This document shows, piece by piece, positions 20,276 through 29,542 of a DNA stretch of 64,000 bases. The DNA comes from an uncultured Acidobacteriota bacterium (GTDB lineage Bacteria; Acidobacteriota; Thermoanaerobaculia; UBA5066): positions 2,016,001 to 2,080,000 of the forward strand of contig CAVZYA010000001.1 in NCBI GenBank assembly GCA_963779415.1, in the 5' to 3' direction. The notes beneath the pieces were generated by a model that saw only the letters and a list, made by a program, of their open reading frames with translations, was not told the DNA's origin and did not search any database. The position numbers and the translations under genes are program-made. The first letter of the stretch is position 1. Each line of letters begins with the position of its first letter.

Positions 20276-21871
20276 TCAATACGACGACCGACGCATGGTG
20301 AAGAGGATCGCCCCCTCCCGGTCCAGGTCGCCATCGGCCAGCATGCGGCGCAGTTCCTGGTAGCGGATCTTGCCGTTGGCGGTGCGCGGAATGCTTCGCG
20401 GCGCAAGGACCACCAGCGTTTCGACACCAAAGCCGGCGATCCTCTCTGCCGTCGCTGCGGCAGCCGCGGCAAGCTCCGACGGGGAGTCGCCATGAACGGG
20501 ATCGGCCTCGACTGCCAGCACGATTTCCTCACTTGCTCCTTCGCCTGCGGGCGGTAACCCTACGGCTGCGGCAACGCGTACACCTCGCAGGCGCTCCACC
20601 GGCTCTTCCAGTTCCCGAGGTGCCAGAGGGACCCCCCCTCTCTTGAGGAGAGCGCGCTCGCGGGAGAGGACGTAGAGGTGCCCGTCTGCATCGAGAACTC
20701 CCACGTCGCCGGTGTGCAGCCAACCGCCTCTCAGAGCCTGGCGGCTCGCCTCGGGCGCTTCGAAGTAGCCGGCAAAGCAACCAGGGCCACGCACGAGGAT
20801 TTCCCCCACCCTGCCGGTCTCGACGACGCCCGATCCCGCGATGCGCACGTCGACTCCCGGAAAGGGCCGGCCGCAGGAGACGTTGCCGTGGCTGTCGACG
20901 CGCAGCCTCTCTCCGGGACGCAGGCAGGTCACGCCGAGGGTGGCCTCCGCCAGACCGTAACCGGGACGGATGACGCCGGGTACACGGAAGCGCTTCTCGA
21001 AGGCGACGATCGTGCTCTGCCGAACCGGTTCTCCGCCATTGGTGGCGAAGCGCAATGACGACAGGTCGAGTCCATCCGGATCTACGAGTCGGGCCGCCAG
21101 CCGGTAGGCGAAATCCGGTGCGCCGAGGATCGTGGCGCGGACCTCCGACGCCTTGGCGAGCCACGCACCGAGGGTGCGGATGGCGGGCGGTACCAGATGG
21201 CACGGCGTTCCGAAGTAGACGGGGCCAAGGACAAAGCGGAGCAGGCCGAGATCGTGCCAGGGAGGTACCCAGCTTACGAGGATGTCCTTCGGCTCGATCG
21301 CCAGGAGTTCGCGGGCGGCGCCAAGCGAGGCGAGGACGTTCTTGTGGGTGATCACGGCGGCTCTTGGTTCGCCGGTCGTCCCGGACGTCAACTGCAGGAA
21401 AGCGACGTCATCTCCACAAGCCCGCTGCTGGGGGAACGGTGTGGTTCGCGGCACCGAGGCGAGATCAACCACGGACAGCCCGGCGGCACCACAAGCCGCG
21501 GCGATCCCTTCCGCTCCGGCTCCTGCGGTCAGCACCAGCCGTGGCCGCACCCGAGCGGCTCGGGCGGCGGTCGTCCGAGGCGGAACCTGAGGATCGAGAG
21601 CACAGGGAGCCGCCGCCAGTCGCTGCAAGGCGAAAAAAGCGCGGATGAAGGCCAGACTTGCGGGCAGCACGAGGACGACCCGGTCACCACAAGCGACGCC
21701 AAGGCGAGCGAGGCCACCGGCGAGAGCCTCGGTCTCGGCCCGCAGCTCCGCGTACGTGACTGTTTCCGAAGCGGCGGAAAAAGCCAGTCGGGTGGGAGCT
21801 TCTCCGGACCGGCCGGTCAGCACCGCATCGAGCGTCTGAACGTCGGTCCCCAAGGACGAGAAAGAACTCAC
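20276..21871 (-). CDS. Fatty acyl-AMP ligase-like adenylating enzyme
   Basis: FLQLTSGTTGEPR, SWVPPWHDLGL (FAAL-type), GYGLAEATLGV, WLHTGD and IPRTANGKI. Confidence 0.85.
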   Translation of the reverse strand: MSSFSSLGTDVQTLDAVLTGRSGEAPTRLAFSAASETVTYAELRAETEALAGGLARLGVACGDRVVLVLPASLAFIRAFFALQRLAAAPCALDPQVPPRTTAARAARVRPRLVLTAGAGAEGIAAACGAAGLSVVDLASVPRTTPFPQQRACGDDVAFLQLTSGTTGEPRAAVITHKNVLASLGAARELLAIEPKDILVSWVPPWHDLGLLRFVLGPVYFGTPCHLVPPAIRTLGAWLAKASEVRATILGAPDFAYRLAARLVDPDGLDLSSLRFATNGGEPVRQSTIVAFEKRFRVPGVIRPGYGLAEATLGVTCLRPGERLRVDSHGNVSCGRPFPGVDVRIAGSGVVETGRVGEILVRGPGCFAGYFEAPEASRQALRGGWLHTGDVGVLDADGHLYVLSRERALLKRGGVPLAPRELEEPVERLRGVRVAAAVGLPPAGEGASEEIVLAVEADPVHGDSPSELAAAAAATAERIAGFGVETLVVLAPRSIPRTANGKIRYQELRRMLADGDLDREGAILFTMRRSSY

Positions 21872-22019
21872 GATCCGACTCTACCCGAGCGCGCAGGCTG
21901 ATCGACCCCAAGCGGATCGAGGGCGACCGGGACGAGGCCATCGAGTCGATCTGCGGCGGCCGCGGGCAGGCCGCCGAGCTGTTCGCCCGAAGCGGCTCCT
22001 CGTAAGTCATTGAGAAATC

Positions 22020-22097
22020 TGGTGCGCCCAGCAGGAGTCGAACCCGCAACCTTTTGATCCGTAGTCAAACGCTCTGATCCAGTTGAGCTATGGGCGC
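22020..22097 (-). tRNA. tRNA-Arg (ACG)
   Basis: Cloverleaf with GCGCCCA/TGGGCGC acceptor stem, TTTGA-CTACGGA-TCAAA anticodon arm, TTCGACT T-loop and encoded CCA. Confidence 0.97.
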
Positions 22098-22225
22098 ACG
22101 CGGGACCGCGGAGCGTAACCGGAACCGCCCCGGCTTTCAAGTCAGCCCGCGGCCGGGGGCCAGTCCCTCAACTTCTCTTCACCGTTCTCGTATAGAAGGG
22201 GTCCATTGGGGGGAACGCGCCGGTG

Positions 22226-23008
22226 ATGAACGCCATCGAGCTCAAGGGTGTCGTCAAGCGGTTCGGCAAGTTCACGGCCGTCGACGGCCTCGACCTCGAG
22301 GTCCCGCGCGGCGTCACGTTCGGGCTCCTCGGCCCGAACGGCGCCGGGAAGACGACGACGCTCCGGATGATCATGAACATCACGAAGCCGGACGCCGGGT
22401 CCGTCACGGTCCTCGGCCAGCCGATGAGCGAAGCGCTTCAGGAGAAGATCGGCTACCTGCCGGAGGAGCGGGGCCTCTACCGGAAGATGAAGGTCGTCGA
22501 CCAGCTCCTCTTCTTCGCCGCGATCAAGGGGGTCGACCGCGACATCGCGATGAAGCGGCTCTCCCCGTGGATCGACTCGATGGACCTCCGTCCGTGGCTC
22601 CAGAAGAAGACGGAGGAGCTCTCGAAGGGGATGCAGCAGAAGGTCCAGTTCCTCGGGACGATCGTCCACGATCCCGAGGTCCTGATCCTGGACGAGCCGT
22701 TCTCCGGCCTCGACCCGATCAACGTCCTCCTCGTGAAGGACTTTTTCACGGAGTTCAAGCGGCAGGGAAAGACGGTGGTCTTCTCGACGCACGTTCTCGA
22801 GCAGGCCGAGCGGCTCTGCGAACGGATCTGTCTTCTCTACCGGTCGGTCAAGCTCCTCGACGGTCCGGTCAAGGAGATCAAGAACTCCTTCCGCGACCGC
22901 GTGCCGCTCCCGCCCCCCGTCGAGCCCGAGCCGGAGCTGGAGAAGATCTTCATCAAGGCGGTCCAGGAGTCGGGGCGGCAGGCCCCCACCGCCGAGGAGC
23001 TGCGGTGA
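22226..23008 (+). CDS. ABC transporter ATP-binding protein (NatA/YhaQ-like)
   Basis: GPNGAGKTT, LSKGMQQK, LILDEPFSGLDP and STH. Confidence 0.92.
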   Translation: MNAIELKGVVKRFGKFTAVDGLDLEVPRGVTFGLLGPNGAGKTTTLRMIMNITKPDAGSVTVLGQPMSEALQEKIGYLPEERGLYRKMKVVDQLLFFAAIKGVDRDIAMKRLSPWIDSMDLRPWLQKKTEELSKGMQQKVQFLGTIVHDPEVLILDEPFSGLDPINVLLVKDFFTEFKRQGKTVVFSTHVLEQAERLCERICLLYRSVKLLDGPVKEIKNSFRDRVPLPPPVEPEPELEKIFIKAVQESGRQAPTAEELR

Positions 23009-23012
23009 GGCG

Positions 23013-24317
23013 ATGAACGCCAAGCTCGCCATCATCATCCGCCGCGAGTTCCTCCAGCAGGTCCGGACGAAGGGGTTCTGGATCGCGACGTTCCTGATCC
23101 CCGCGATCGGCCTCGTCTTCGTCGGAGTGCAGGTCCTCCTGAACCGCTCGCTCGAGGCGAAAGGCCGGATCGCCGTCGTCGACCTGACGGGGCGCCTCTA
23201 CGACTCGCTCGTCGCCGAGCAGCGCTTGCGCGACGACGACGGGAGGAAGAAGGACCCGAACTCCGCCGCCAGGACCTCGGCCCTCGAGTTCGTAAAGACC
23301 GAGGCGACGGGAGCGACCCTCGCCGAGGTCCGGAAGAAGCTGAACGGCGAGGTCCGAAAGGAGACACTCAAGTCGTACCTGATCCTCGACGACAAGACCC
23401 TCACGACAGGCGCCGCCGAGTACCGCGCCAAGTCGGTCAAGTCGGACATCGTCCTCCGCGAGCAGCTCTCGGCGTGGCTTTCGCGGGCGGCAACGAAGGA
23501 GCGCCTCAAGGATGAGGGGGTCGATCCGGCCCTCTACGAGGCCGCGCGCGTCCGGGCGGAGCTGGACGTCCGGGAGGCGAAGGACGTCGAGACGGGCGAG
23601 ACCGGAAAGAACGTCGGCTTCAATCTCGCGGTCTCCGCGATCCTCTTCTTCCTCATCTACGGCTCGCTCTTCGCGTGGGGGGGCGCCGTGATGCGCGGCG
23701 TCCTCGAGGAGAAGAACAACCGGATCGTGGAGGTGATCGTCAGTTCCGTCCGGCCGACGACGCTGATGCTCGGAAAGATTCTCGGCATCGGATGCGCGGG
23801 GCTCCTGCAGTACGCGATCTGGACGACGCTGGCGGTCCTCGTCTCCGCGCCCGGCGTCGTCGCCCTGATGGGGATCGTGGACGCCCCGCGCCTTCCGGCG
23901 AGCACGCTCGCCGCATTCGTCGTCTTCTTCGTCCTCGGCTACTTCCTCTACGCGTCGCTCTACGCCGCCTTCGCGGCGCCGTTCAACACGGAGGCCGAGG
24001 CGCAGCAGTTCATCATGATCCCGATGAGCTTCCTGATCCTCGCGGCGACGACCTGGTTCTTCGCCTTCAACAGCCCGGACGGCGCGCTCGCGTTCGTCCT
24101 TTCCCTCGTCCCCTTCACGTCGCCCCTCATCATGTTCATGCGGATCACGGTCCAGATGCCTCCCCTCTGGCAGATCGCCCTTTCGATTGCGATTCTCGTC
24201 GTTTCGATCTGGGGGGTCGCGTGGTTCGCGGGGCGTGTCTACCGCGTCGGGATCCTGATGTACGGCAAGAAGCCGACACTCCCCGAGATCTTCCGCTGGG
24301 CGCGACAAGCGGACTGA
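23013..24317 (+). CDS. ABC-2 permease (NatB/YhaP-like)
   Basis: IIRREF N-terminus, extracytoplasmic domain, EEKNNRIVEVIVSS, LMLGKILG and C-terminal YRVGILMYGK. Confidence 0.9.
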   Translation: MNAKLAIIIRREFLQQVRTKGFWIATFLIPAIGLVFVGVQVLLNRSLEAKGRIAVVDLTGRLYDSLVAEQRLRDDDGRKKDPNSAARTSALEFVKTEATGATLAEVRKKLNGEVRKETLKSYLILDDKTLTTGAAEYRAKSVKSDIVLREQLSAWLSRAATKERLKDEGVDPALYEAARVRAELDVREAKDVETGETGKNVGFNLAVSAILFFLIYGSLFAWGGAVMRGVLEEKNNRIVEVIVSSVRPTTLMLGKILGIGCAGLLQYAIWTTLAVLVSAPGVVALMGIVDAPRLPASTLAAFVVFFVLGYFLYASLYAAFAAPFNTEAEAQQFIMIPMSFLILAATTWFFAFNSPDGALAFVLSLVPFTSPLIMFMRITVQMPPLWQIALSIAILVVSIWGVAWFAGRVYRVGILMYGKKPTLPEIFRWARQAD

Positions 24318-24406
24318 CTCCGGCTCCGGCCGTCACGTTTTTGGGGGGCGCTCCTCCCGCTATACTGCCCCCCCGCCGAAGCCTTTTCTGTTTCCGGAGG
24401 ACCTAG

Positions 24407-25648
24407 ATGACTAGCGCGGCCTCTATCGACCATCGGACGCTCTATCGGCTCCCGTGGACCCTACCGGACAATGCCATCTCCTGGCTCGAACCGACCTCGG
24501 CGTGCAACCTCGCCTGCGACGGGTGCTACCGGGAGAACGTCTCGAACAGCCATAAGCCCCTGCCGGAGATCCAGGAGGAGATCGCCGCCTTCCGGCGCCT
24601 CCGCAACTCCGACGGCATCTCCATCGCCGGGGGAGATCCCCTGATGCACCCGGAGATCGTCGAGATCGTCCGCACCGTACACGAGATGGGGATGAAGCCC
24701 ATCGTCAACACGAACGGAAGCCGGCTGACGAAAGAGCTGCTCCGCGAGCTGAAAAAGGCCGGCGTCTACGGCTTCACGCTTCACATCGACAGCAAACAGG
24801 GGCGGCCCGGCTGGAAGGGGAAGAGCGAGATCGAGCTGAACGAGCTGCGCCTCGAGTACGCGACGATGCTCGACGAGGCAGGAGAGATCTGCTGCTCCTT
24901 CAACTCGACGGTCTACGAGGACACGCTCCAGTACGTCCCCGGGATGATCGCCTGGGCGGAGCGCCACATCGACATCGTCCAGACCATGGTCTTCATCCTC
25001 TACCGCGCCGCCGTCCCCCAGATCCCCTTCGATTGGTACGCGGGCGCGGAGAAGGTCGACATGAACGCGCTCGTTTACTGCGAGGCGGGCGACCGGCGCG
25101 TCGACATGAAAGCTCCCGAGGTCGTCGCGGAGATTCGCAGGAGCTTCCCGGAGTTCACTCCCTCCGCCTACCTCAACGGAACGGAGCAGGCCGACAGTTA
25201 CAAGTGGCTCCTCTCCGCCCGGATCGGGTCGAAGGAGCGGGTCTACGGGTACGTCGGGCCGCGGTACATGGAGCTCATGCAGGCCGGCCACCACGTCGGC
25301 ACGGGGCGCTACCTGGCCTACGCGTCGCCGAGCATGACCTCGATGGGCCGGACGATGCTCCTCCTCGCCCCGTTCGACGCGGGGGTGAAGGCGATCGCCC
25401 GGCACTGGCTCGGGTCGCTCCTCTCGAATCCCCTCCGGCTCTTCCGGAAGATGTACCTCCAGTCGGTCATGATCATCCAGCCCGTCGACTTCCTCGAGAA
25501 CGGCGCCCAGAACATGTGCGACGGCTGCCCGGACATGACGATGTGGAATGGCGAGCTGGTCTGGTCGTGCCGGATGGAGGAGCTGAAGCACTTCGGCTGC
25601 TGGGTTCGGACGGTGCCGCGAGGCGAGGCGCCGCCCACGACGGCATAG
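24407..25648 (+). CDS. Radical SAM protein of unknown function
   Basis: CNLACDGC, IAGGDPLMH and NTNG; C-terminal CDGCPD...SC; GGAGG SD. Confidence 0.88.
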   Translation: MTSAASIDHRTLYRLPWTLPDNAISWLEPTSACNLACDGCYRENVSNSHKPLPEIQEEIAAFRRLRNSDGISIAGGDPLMHPEIVEIVRTVHEMGMKPIVNTNGSRLTKELLRELKKAGVYGFTLHIDSKQGRPGWKGKSEIELNELRLEYATMLDEAGEICCSFNSTVYEDTLQYVPGMIAWAERHIDIVQTMVFILYRAAVPQIPFDWYAGAEKVDMNALVYCEAGDRRVDMKAPEVVAEIRRSFPEFTPSAYLNGTEQADSYKWLLSARIGSKERVYGYVGPRYMELMQAGHHVGTGRYLAYASPSMTSMGRTMLLLAPFDAGVKAIARHWLGSLLSNPLRLFRKMYLQSVMIIQPVDFLENGAQNMCDGCPDMTMWNGELVWSCRMEELKHFGCWVRTVPRGEAPPTTA

Positions 25649-25670
25649 GATCGGAAGTCGGAGGGGACCC

Positions 25671-27623
25671 GTCCGAAAGCTTCCGTGCGCCGTCTCGCTC
25701 CTCCTCGCGCTGGCGGGCCTGCCGCTCGCGGCTCAGGAGCCGCAGCCCGCGAGAATCCGGGTCTCCTCCATCTCCGATCCCGACGGCGTCGGCCTCACGT
25801 TCGCCTGGCGGTTCGCTCCGGGCGACGGACCGGAACGGGAAGCGCCGGGGTTCGACGACTCGCGCTGGCCTGCGGTGAAGCCCGGGCTGGCGGCCGGCGA
25901 ACTCCCGCCCGGCGGCTGGCCGGGCGTCGGCTGGTTCCGGCGGCATCTTCTGGTCGAGCCCGCACTTCAGGGACGGACCGTGGCGCTCCGATTCGCCGCG
26001 CCGGGCGCCGCGGACGTCTACCTCGACGGCCGGCTCGTCCTGACCGCAGGGCAGGGCGGCGCACCGCCGGAGATGCCGTGGGAGCGTCGCGAGGCGTCTC
26101 TCGTCAGGCTGGAAGGACACGAGCACCTCCTTGCGGTGCGGTACGTCTATTCCGGGGACAGCAGACACAGGGCCGAGGGGATCGGCTTTCTGATTATCCT
26201 GGCCGATCCCGCGCTCGCGCGCGCGACCGTCGCCGAGCGCCCATGGATGGCCGGTATCCAGGGCGCCATCGTGGCCATCCCTCTCTTTCTCGCCTTCCTT
26301 CACTTCGCCTTCTTCGGCTTCGACCCCCGCGCCCGCGGGAATCTCTTCTACGCCCTCGAGATGGCCGCATGCGCCGTGATTCTCCTGTACGGATTCCGGG
26401 GCTCACTCTTTTCCACCGGGAACCAGCGGGACTTCCTCGAGCAGGTGGGGCCGGGTATGCCCATCGTCGCGATCCTCTTCGGGATCCTGACGTACTACGC
26501 CTTCCTGAAGGACCCCTTCCCTCGCACGTGGCGCGCCTTTGTCGGCGCGGGCCTCGTGCTCCTCCCCCTCGCGTACGTCTCGCAGGCGGCGGCCACATAC
26601 GGCTGGGAGCTCTATTTCCTCGCGGTCACCGTCGAGATCGTCCGGTTGGAGCGGAGACGGTGGGTGATGCGCCGCCCGGCGCCGCGTTTCTTCATCGCGA
26701 GCATGTCGGTCTTTTCGTTCGCGCTTCTTCTCCAGATCCTGGACAACGCCGACCTGATCCCGGCGGTGGTCGGCCTTCGCGGCAACTACTACATCCTCGG
26801 GATCCTCGCTCTGGCGGTCGGGGTTTCGCTCTCCCTGGCCCACGAGCTCGGTCGCTCGCGCATCGTCGCGGCCGAGAACGAGAGGAAGACGGCTGAACTC
26901 GCGCAGGCGCGGGAGCTGCAGCTCTCGATGCTCCCGCGGGAGCTACCCGCCGCCGCCGGGCTCGATGTCGCGGCCGCATCGCACACCGCGGCGGAGGTCG
27001 GAGGCGACTACTACGACATCCGGGCAGGGGGCGACGGCAGCCTCCTCATTGCGTTCGGCGACGCCACGGGGCACGGCCTCGCCGCCGGCATCGTCGTGAC
27101 GGCCGCCAAAGCGCTCTTCACGTCGCTTCCGGTCCGCGGCGCGCTCCCCGAGCTGATGGCCGGCTGCGACCGCGTCTTCCGCGGGATGCGCCTTCCGGGG
27201 CTCCAGATGTGCTTCGCCCTCGCGCGCGTCTCGCCGCGCGAGGCGGCGGTCACCTCGGCCGCTATGCCCCCGATCCTCGTCCACCGCTGCTCGTCGGGCG
27301 CGATCGAGGAGCTGGGGGCCGGAGACCTGCCGCTCGGGGGCCGGATTCCGCCCCGCTACGAAGAGCGCCGGACGGATCTTTCTCCGGGCGACACCCTTCT
27401 CTTTTCGAGCGACGGATTTGCGGAGCTCCTCGGACCCGACGGGCGTGAGCTCGGTTATTCCGGAGCTGCAATGGCCTTCCGGGAAGCGGCCCGGGGCTCG
27501 ACCGCTCGCGAGGTCGTCGACCGCCTCGGGACGACCGCGGCCACGTTCCGCGGCAACCGCCCGCAGGACGACGACATCACCTTTGTCGTCGTCCGCGCCA
27601 CCGCCCCGTCTTCGGCCGCCTGA
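25671..27623 (+). CDS. Membrane sensor PP2C/SpoIIE phosphatase with extracellular galactose-binding-like domain and about 7 TM helices
   Basis: Frame is open upstream of 25875 through a signal peptide (RKLPCAVSLLLALAGLPLAA) and WRFAPGD...FDDSRW; VGGDYYD, GDATGHG, SDG and DDIT motifs; apparent start is GTC behind a GGAGGGG SD. Confidence 0.85.
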   Translation, partial: VRKLPCAVSLLLALAGLPLAAQEPQPARIRVSSISDPDGVGLTFAWRFAPGDGPEREAPGFDDSRWPAVKPGLAAGELPPGGWPGVGWFRRHLLVEPALQGRTVALRFAAPGAADVYLDGRLVLTAGQGGAPPEMPWERREASLVRLEGHEHLLAVRYVYSGDSRHRAEGIGFLIILADPALARATVAERPWMAGIQGAIVAIPLFLAFLHFAFFGFDPRARGNLFYALEMAACAVILLYGFRGSLFSTGNQRDFLEQVGPGMPIVAILFGILTYYAFLKDPFPRTWRAFVGAGLVLLPLAYVSQAAATYGWELYFLAVTVEIVRLERRRWVMRRPAPRFFIASMSVFSFALLLQILDNADLIPAVVGLRGNYYILGILALAVGVSLSLAHELGRSRIVAAENERKTAELAQARELQLSMLPRELPAAAGLDVAAASHTAAEVGGDYYDIRAGGDGSLLIAFGDATGHGLAAGIVVTAAKALFTSLPVRGALPELMAGCDRVFRGMRLPGLQMCFALARVSPREAAVTSAAMPPILVHRCSSGAIEELGAGDLPLGGRIPPRYEERRTDLSPGDTLLFSSDGFAELLGPDGRELGYSGAAMAFREAARGSTAREVVDRLGTTAATFRGNRPQDDDITFVVVRATAPSSAA

Positions 27624-27719
27624 CGTTCCGAGAAGCCGTCCGCTGCTGCTTTACGCCCCTCCAAAGGCCATGCTAGATTCCCCGCTCCGCGCGGGGCCCG
27701 GCTCCGCCGGACGGGACAC

Positions 27720-27795
27720 GGCGCATTCGTCTAGCGGTCCAGGACACCGCCCTCTCACGGCGGTAACACGGGTTCGAGTCCCGTATGCGCTACCA
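27720..27795 (+). tRNA. tRNA-Glu (CTC)
   Basis: GGCGCAT/ATGCGCT acceptor stem, CCGCC-CTCTCAC-GGCGG anticodon arm, TTCGAGT T-loop and CCA. Confidence 0.97.
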
Positions 27796-27839
27796 ACCCC
27801 CCTCCCTCTCCCCGCGTACCTCCGGGTAGGATGCCCGGC

Positions 27840-29534
27840 GTGGCGGATTCCCGGACCGAACATTCCTCGGCGTTGCTCGACTGGCTGAAGGGCTACCGGA
27901 AGGAGTGGCTGGGGGCGGATGTCGTCGCTGGCCTGACCGTCGCGGCCGTCGTCATTCCGAAATCGATGGCCTACGCCACGATCGCGGGGCTCCCCGTGCA
28001 GGTGGGGCTCTACACGGCGCTCGTGCCGATGCTCGTCTATGCGTTCCTCGGGACGTCCCGGCCCCTCAGCGTCAGCACGACGACGACCCTCGCCATCCTG
28101 ACGGGGGCGCAGCTCTCCCTGGTCGCCCGGGGTGGCGATTCGGCGTCACTCTTCGGCGCCTCGGCGATGCTGACCCTTCTCGTGGGAGGCGTCCTTTTTC
28201 TGGCGGCCGTCCTGCGGCTGGGCTTCGTCGCGAACTTCATCTCCGAGCCGGTGTTGATCGGCTTCAAGGCCGGCATCGGCCTCGTCATCGTTCTGGACCA
28301 GCTCCCGAAGCTCCTGGGCATCCATTTCCAGAAGGGCTCCTTCCTCCACAACCTGCTGGCCATCCTCAAGGGGCTTCCGGAGACGGCCCTGCCGACCCTC
28401 GCGGTCGGGCTCGTAATGGTTTTGCTCCTCGTCGGGATCGAGCATTTTCTTCCGCGGATTCCGGCGCCTCTGGTCGCCGTCGCCGCCGGGATCGCCGGGA
28501 TGGCCTTCCTCGGGCTGGGGGCCCATGGCGTGAAGTCCGTCGGCACGATTCCCCAGGGCCTTCCGTCCTTCATCGTGCCGGACTTCTCCCTCGCCGGAGA
28601 TCTCTGGGCCGCCGCCATCGGCATCGCGTTGATGAGCTTCACGGAGACGATCTCGGCCGGGCGCGCGTTCGCCAGATCCGAAGAGCCGCCTCTCCGGGCG
28701 AACCGGGAGTTACTGGCGACGGGACTCGCGAACGCGGCAGGCGCGGTGTTCGGGGCGATGCCGGCGGGGGGGGGCACGTCACAGACCGCGGTGAATCGTC
28801 TGGCCGGGGCGCGGACGCAGCTGGCCCAGCTGGTCACGGCCGGCGGCACACTGGTGACGATGCTCTTTCTGGCTCCCTTTCTCGCGCTCATGCCGGAGGC
28901 CACCCTGGCGGCCGTCGTCATCGTCTATTCCATCGGGCTGATCCAGCCGGCGGAGTTCCGCGCGATCCTCCGGGTCCGACGCACCGAGCTCGTCTGGGCC
29001 GTCGCGGCGATGCTCGGCGTGATGCTGCTCGGCACGCTCCGCGGAATCCTCGTCGCCATCATCGTGTCGATCGTCGCGCTCGCTGCCCAGATGGCCGATC
29101 CCCCGGTCTACGAGGTCCGACGCAAGCGGGGCACCGGCGTCTTTCGCCCGGTGTCGGCCGAGCATCCGGAGGACGAGTCGTTCCCCGGGCTTCTGATGAT
29201 CCGGGCCGAAGGGCGGGTCTTCTTCCTGAACGTCGGGCGCGTCACCGAAAGGATCGCCGCGATCGTCCAGGAGGCCCGGCCGCGGGTCGTCGTCCTCGAC
29301 GGCAGCGCCATCTTCGACCTCGAGTACACGGCTCTCAAGTCGCTGATCGAGGCCGAGGAAAAGCTCCGGGGCGAGGGGACCGTCCTCGCCCTCGCCTCTC
29401 TCAACCCGCAGTTCCGGACGATGGTCGAGCGCTCGCCGCTCGGCGCGACGCTCGGTCGCTCCCGGATGTTCTTCAACCTCGAGCAGGCGGTCGAGAAATA
29501 CACGTCCCTCCTGCCGCCCGCAGAGAAAGACTGA
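27840..29534 (+). CDS. SulP-family anion transporter with STAS domain
   Basis: ADVVAGLTVAAVVIPKSMAYA, GLYTA, GTSRPLS and NRELLATG; C-terminal STAS (VFFLN, VVVLDGSAIFDLE). Confidence 0.92.
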   Translation: MADSRTEHSSALLDWLKGYRKEWLGADVVAGLTVAAVVIPKSMAYATIAGLPVQVGLYTALVPMLVYAFLGTSRPLSVSTTTTLAILTGAQLSLVARGGDSASLFGASAMLTLLVGGVLFLAAVLRLGFVANFISEPVLIGFKAGIGLVIVLDQLPKLLGIHFQKGSFLHNLLAILKGLPETALPTLAVGLVMVLLLVGIEHFLPRIPAPLVAVAAGIAGMAFLGLGAHGVKSVGTIPQGLPSFIVPDFSLAGDLWAAAIGIALMSFTETISAGRAFARSEEPPLRANRELLATGLANAAGAVFGAMPAGGGTSQTAVNRLAGARTQLAQLVTAGGTLVTMLFLAPFLALMPEATLAAVVIVYSIGLIQPAEFRAILRVRRTELVWAVAAMLGVMLLGTLRGILVAIIVSIVALAAQMADPPVYEVRRKRGTGVFRPVSAEHPEDESFPGLLMIRAEGRVFFLNVGRVTERIAAIVQEARPRVVVLDGSAIFDLEYTALKSLIEAEEKLRGEGTVLALASLNPQFRTMVERSPLGATLGRSRMFFNLEQAVEKYTSLLPPAEKD

Positions 29535-29542
29535 CCGTACGC

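Noticed and set aside
21895-22020. Active integrative element or prophage at tRNA-Arg
   Set aside because: No integrase, phage genes or duplicated att sequence were found; only a short ORF remnant.
24407-25648. Radical SAM as tetraether synthase (Tes) or RiPP maturase
   Set aside because: It lacks the Cys-rich N-terminal region of Tes-like proteins, has no canonical SPASM/RRE domain, and no precursor peptide is adjacent.
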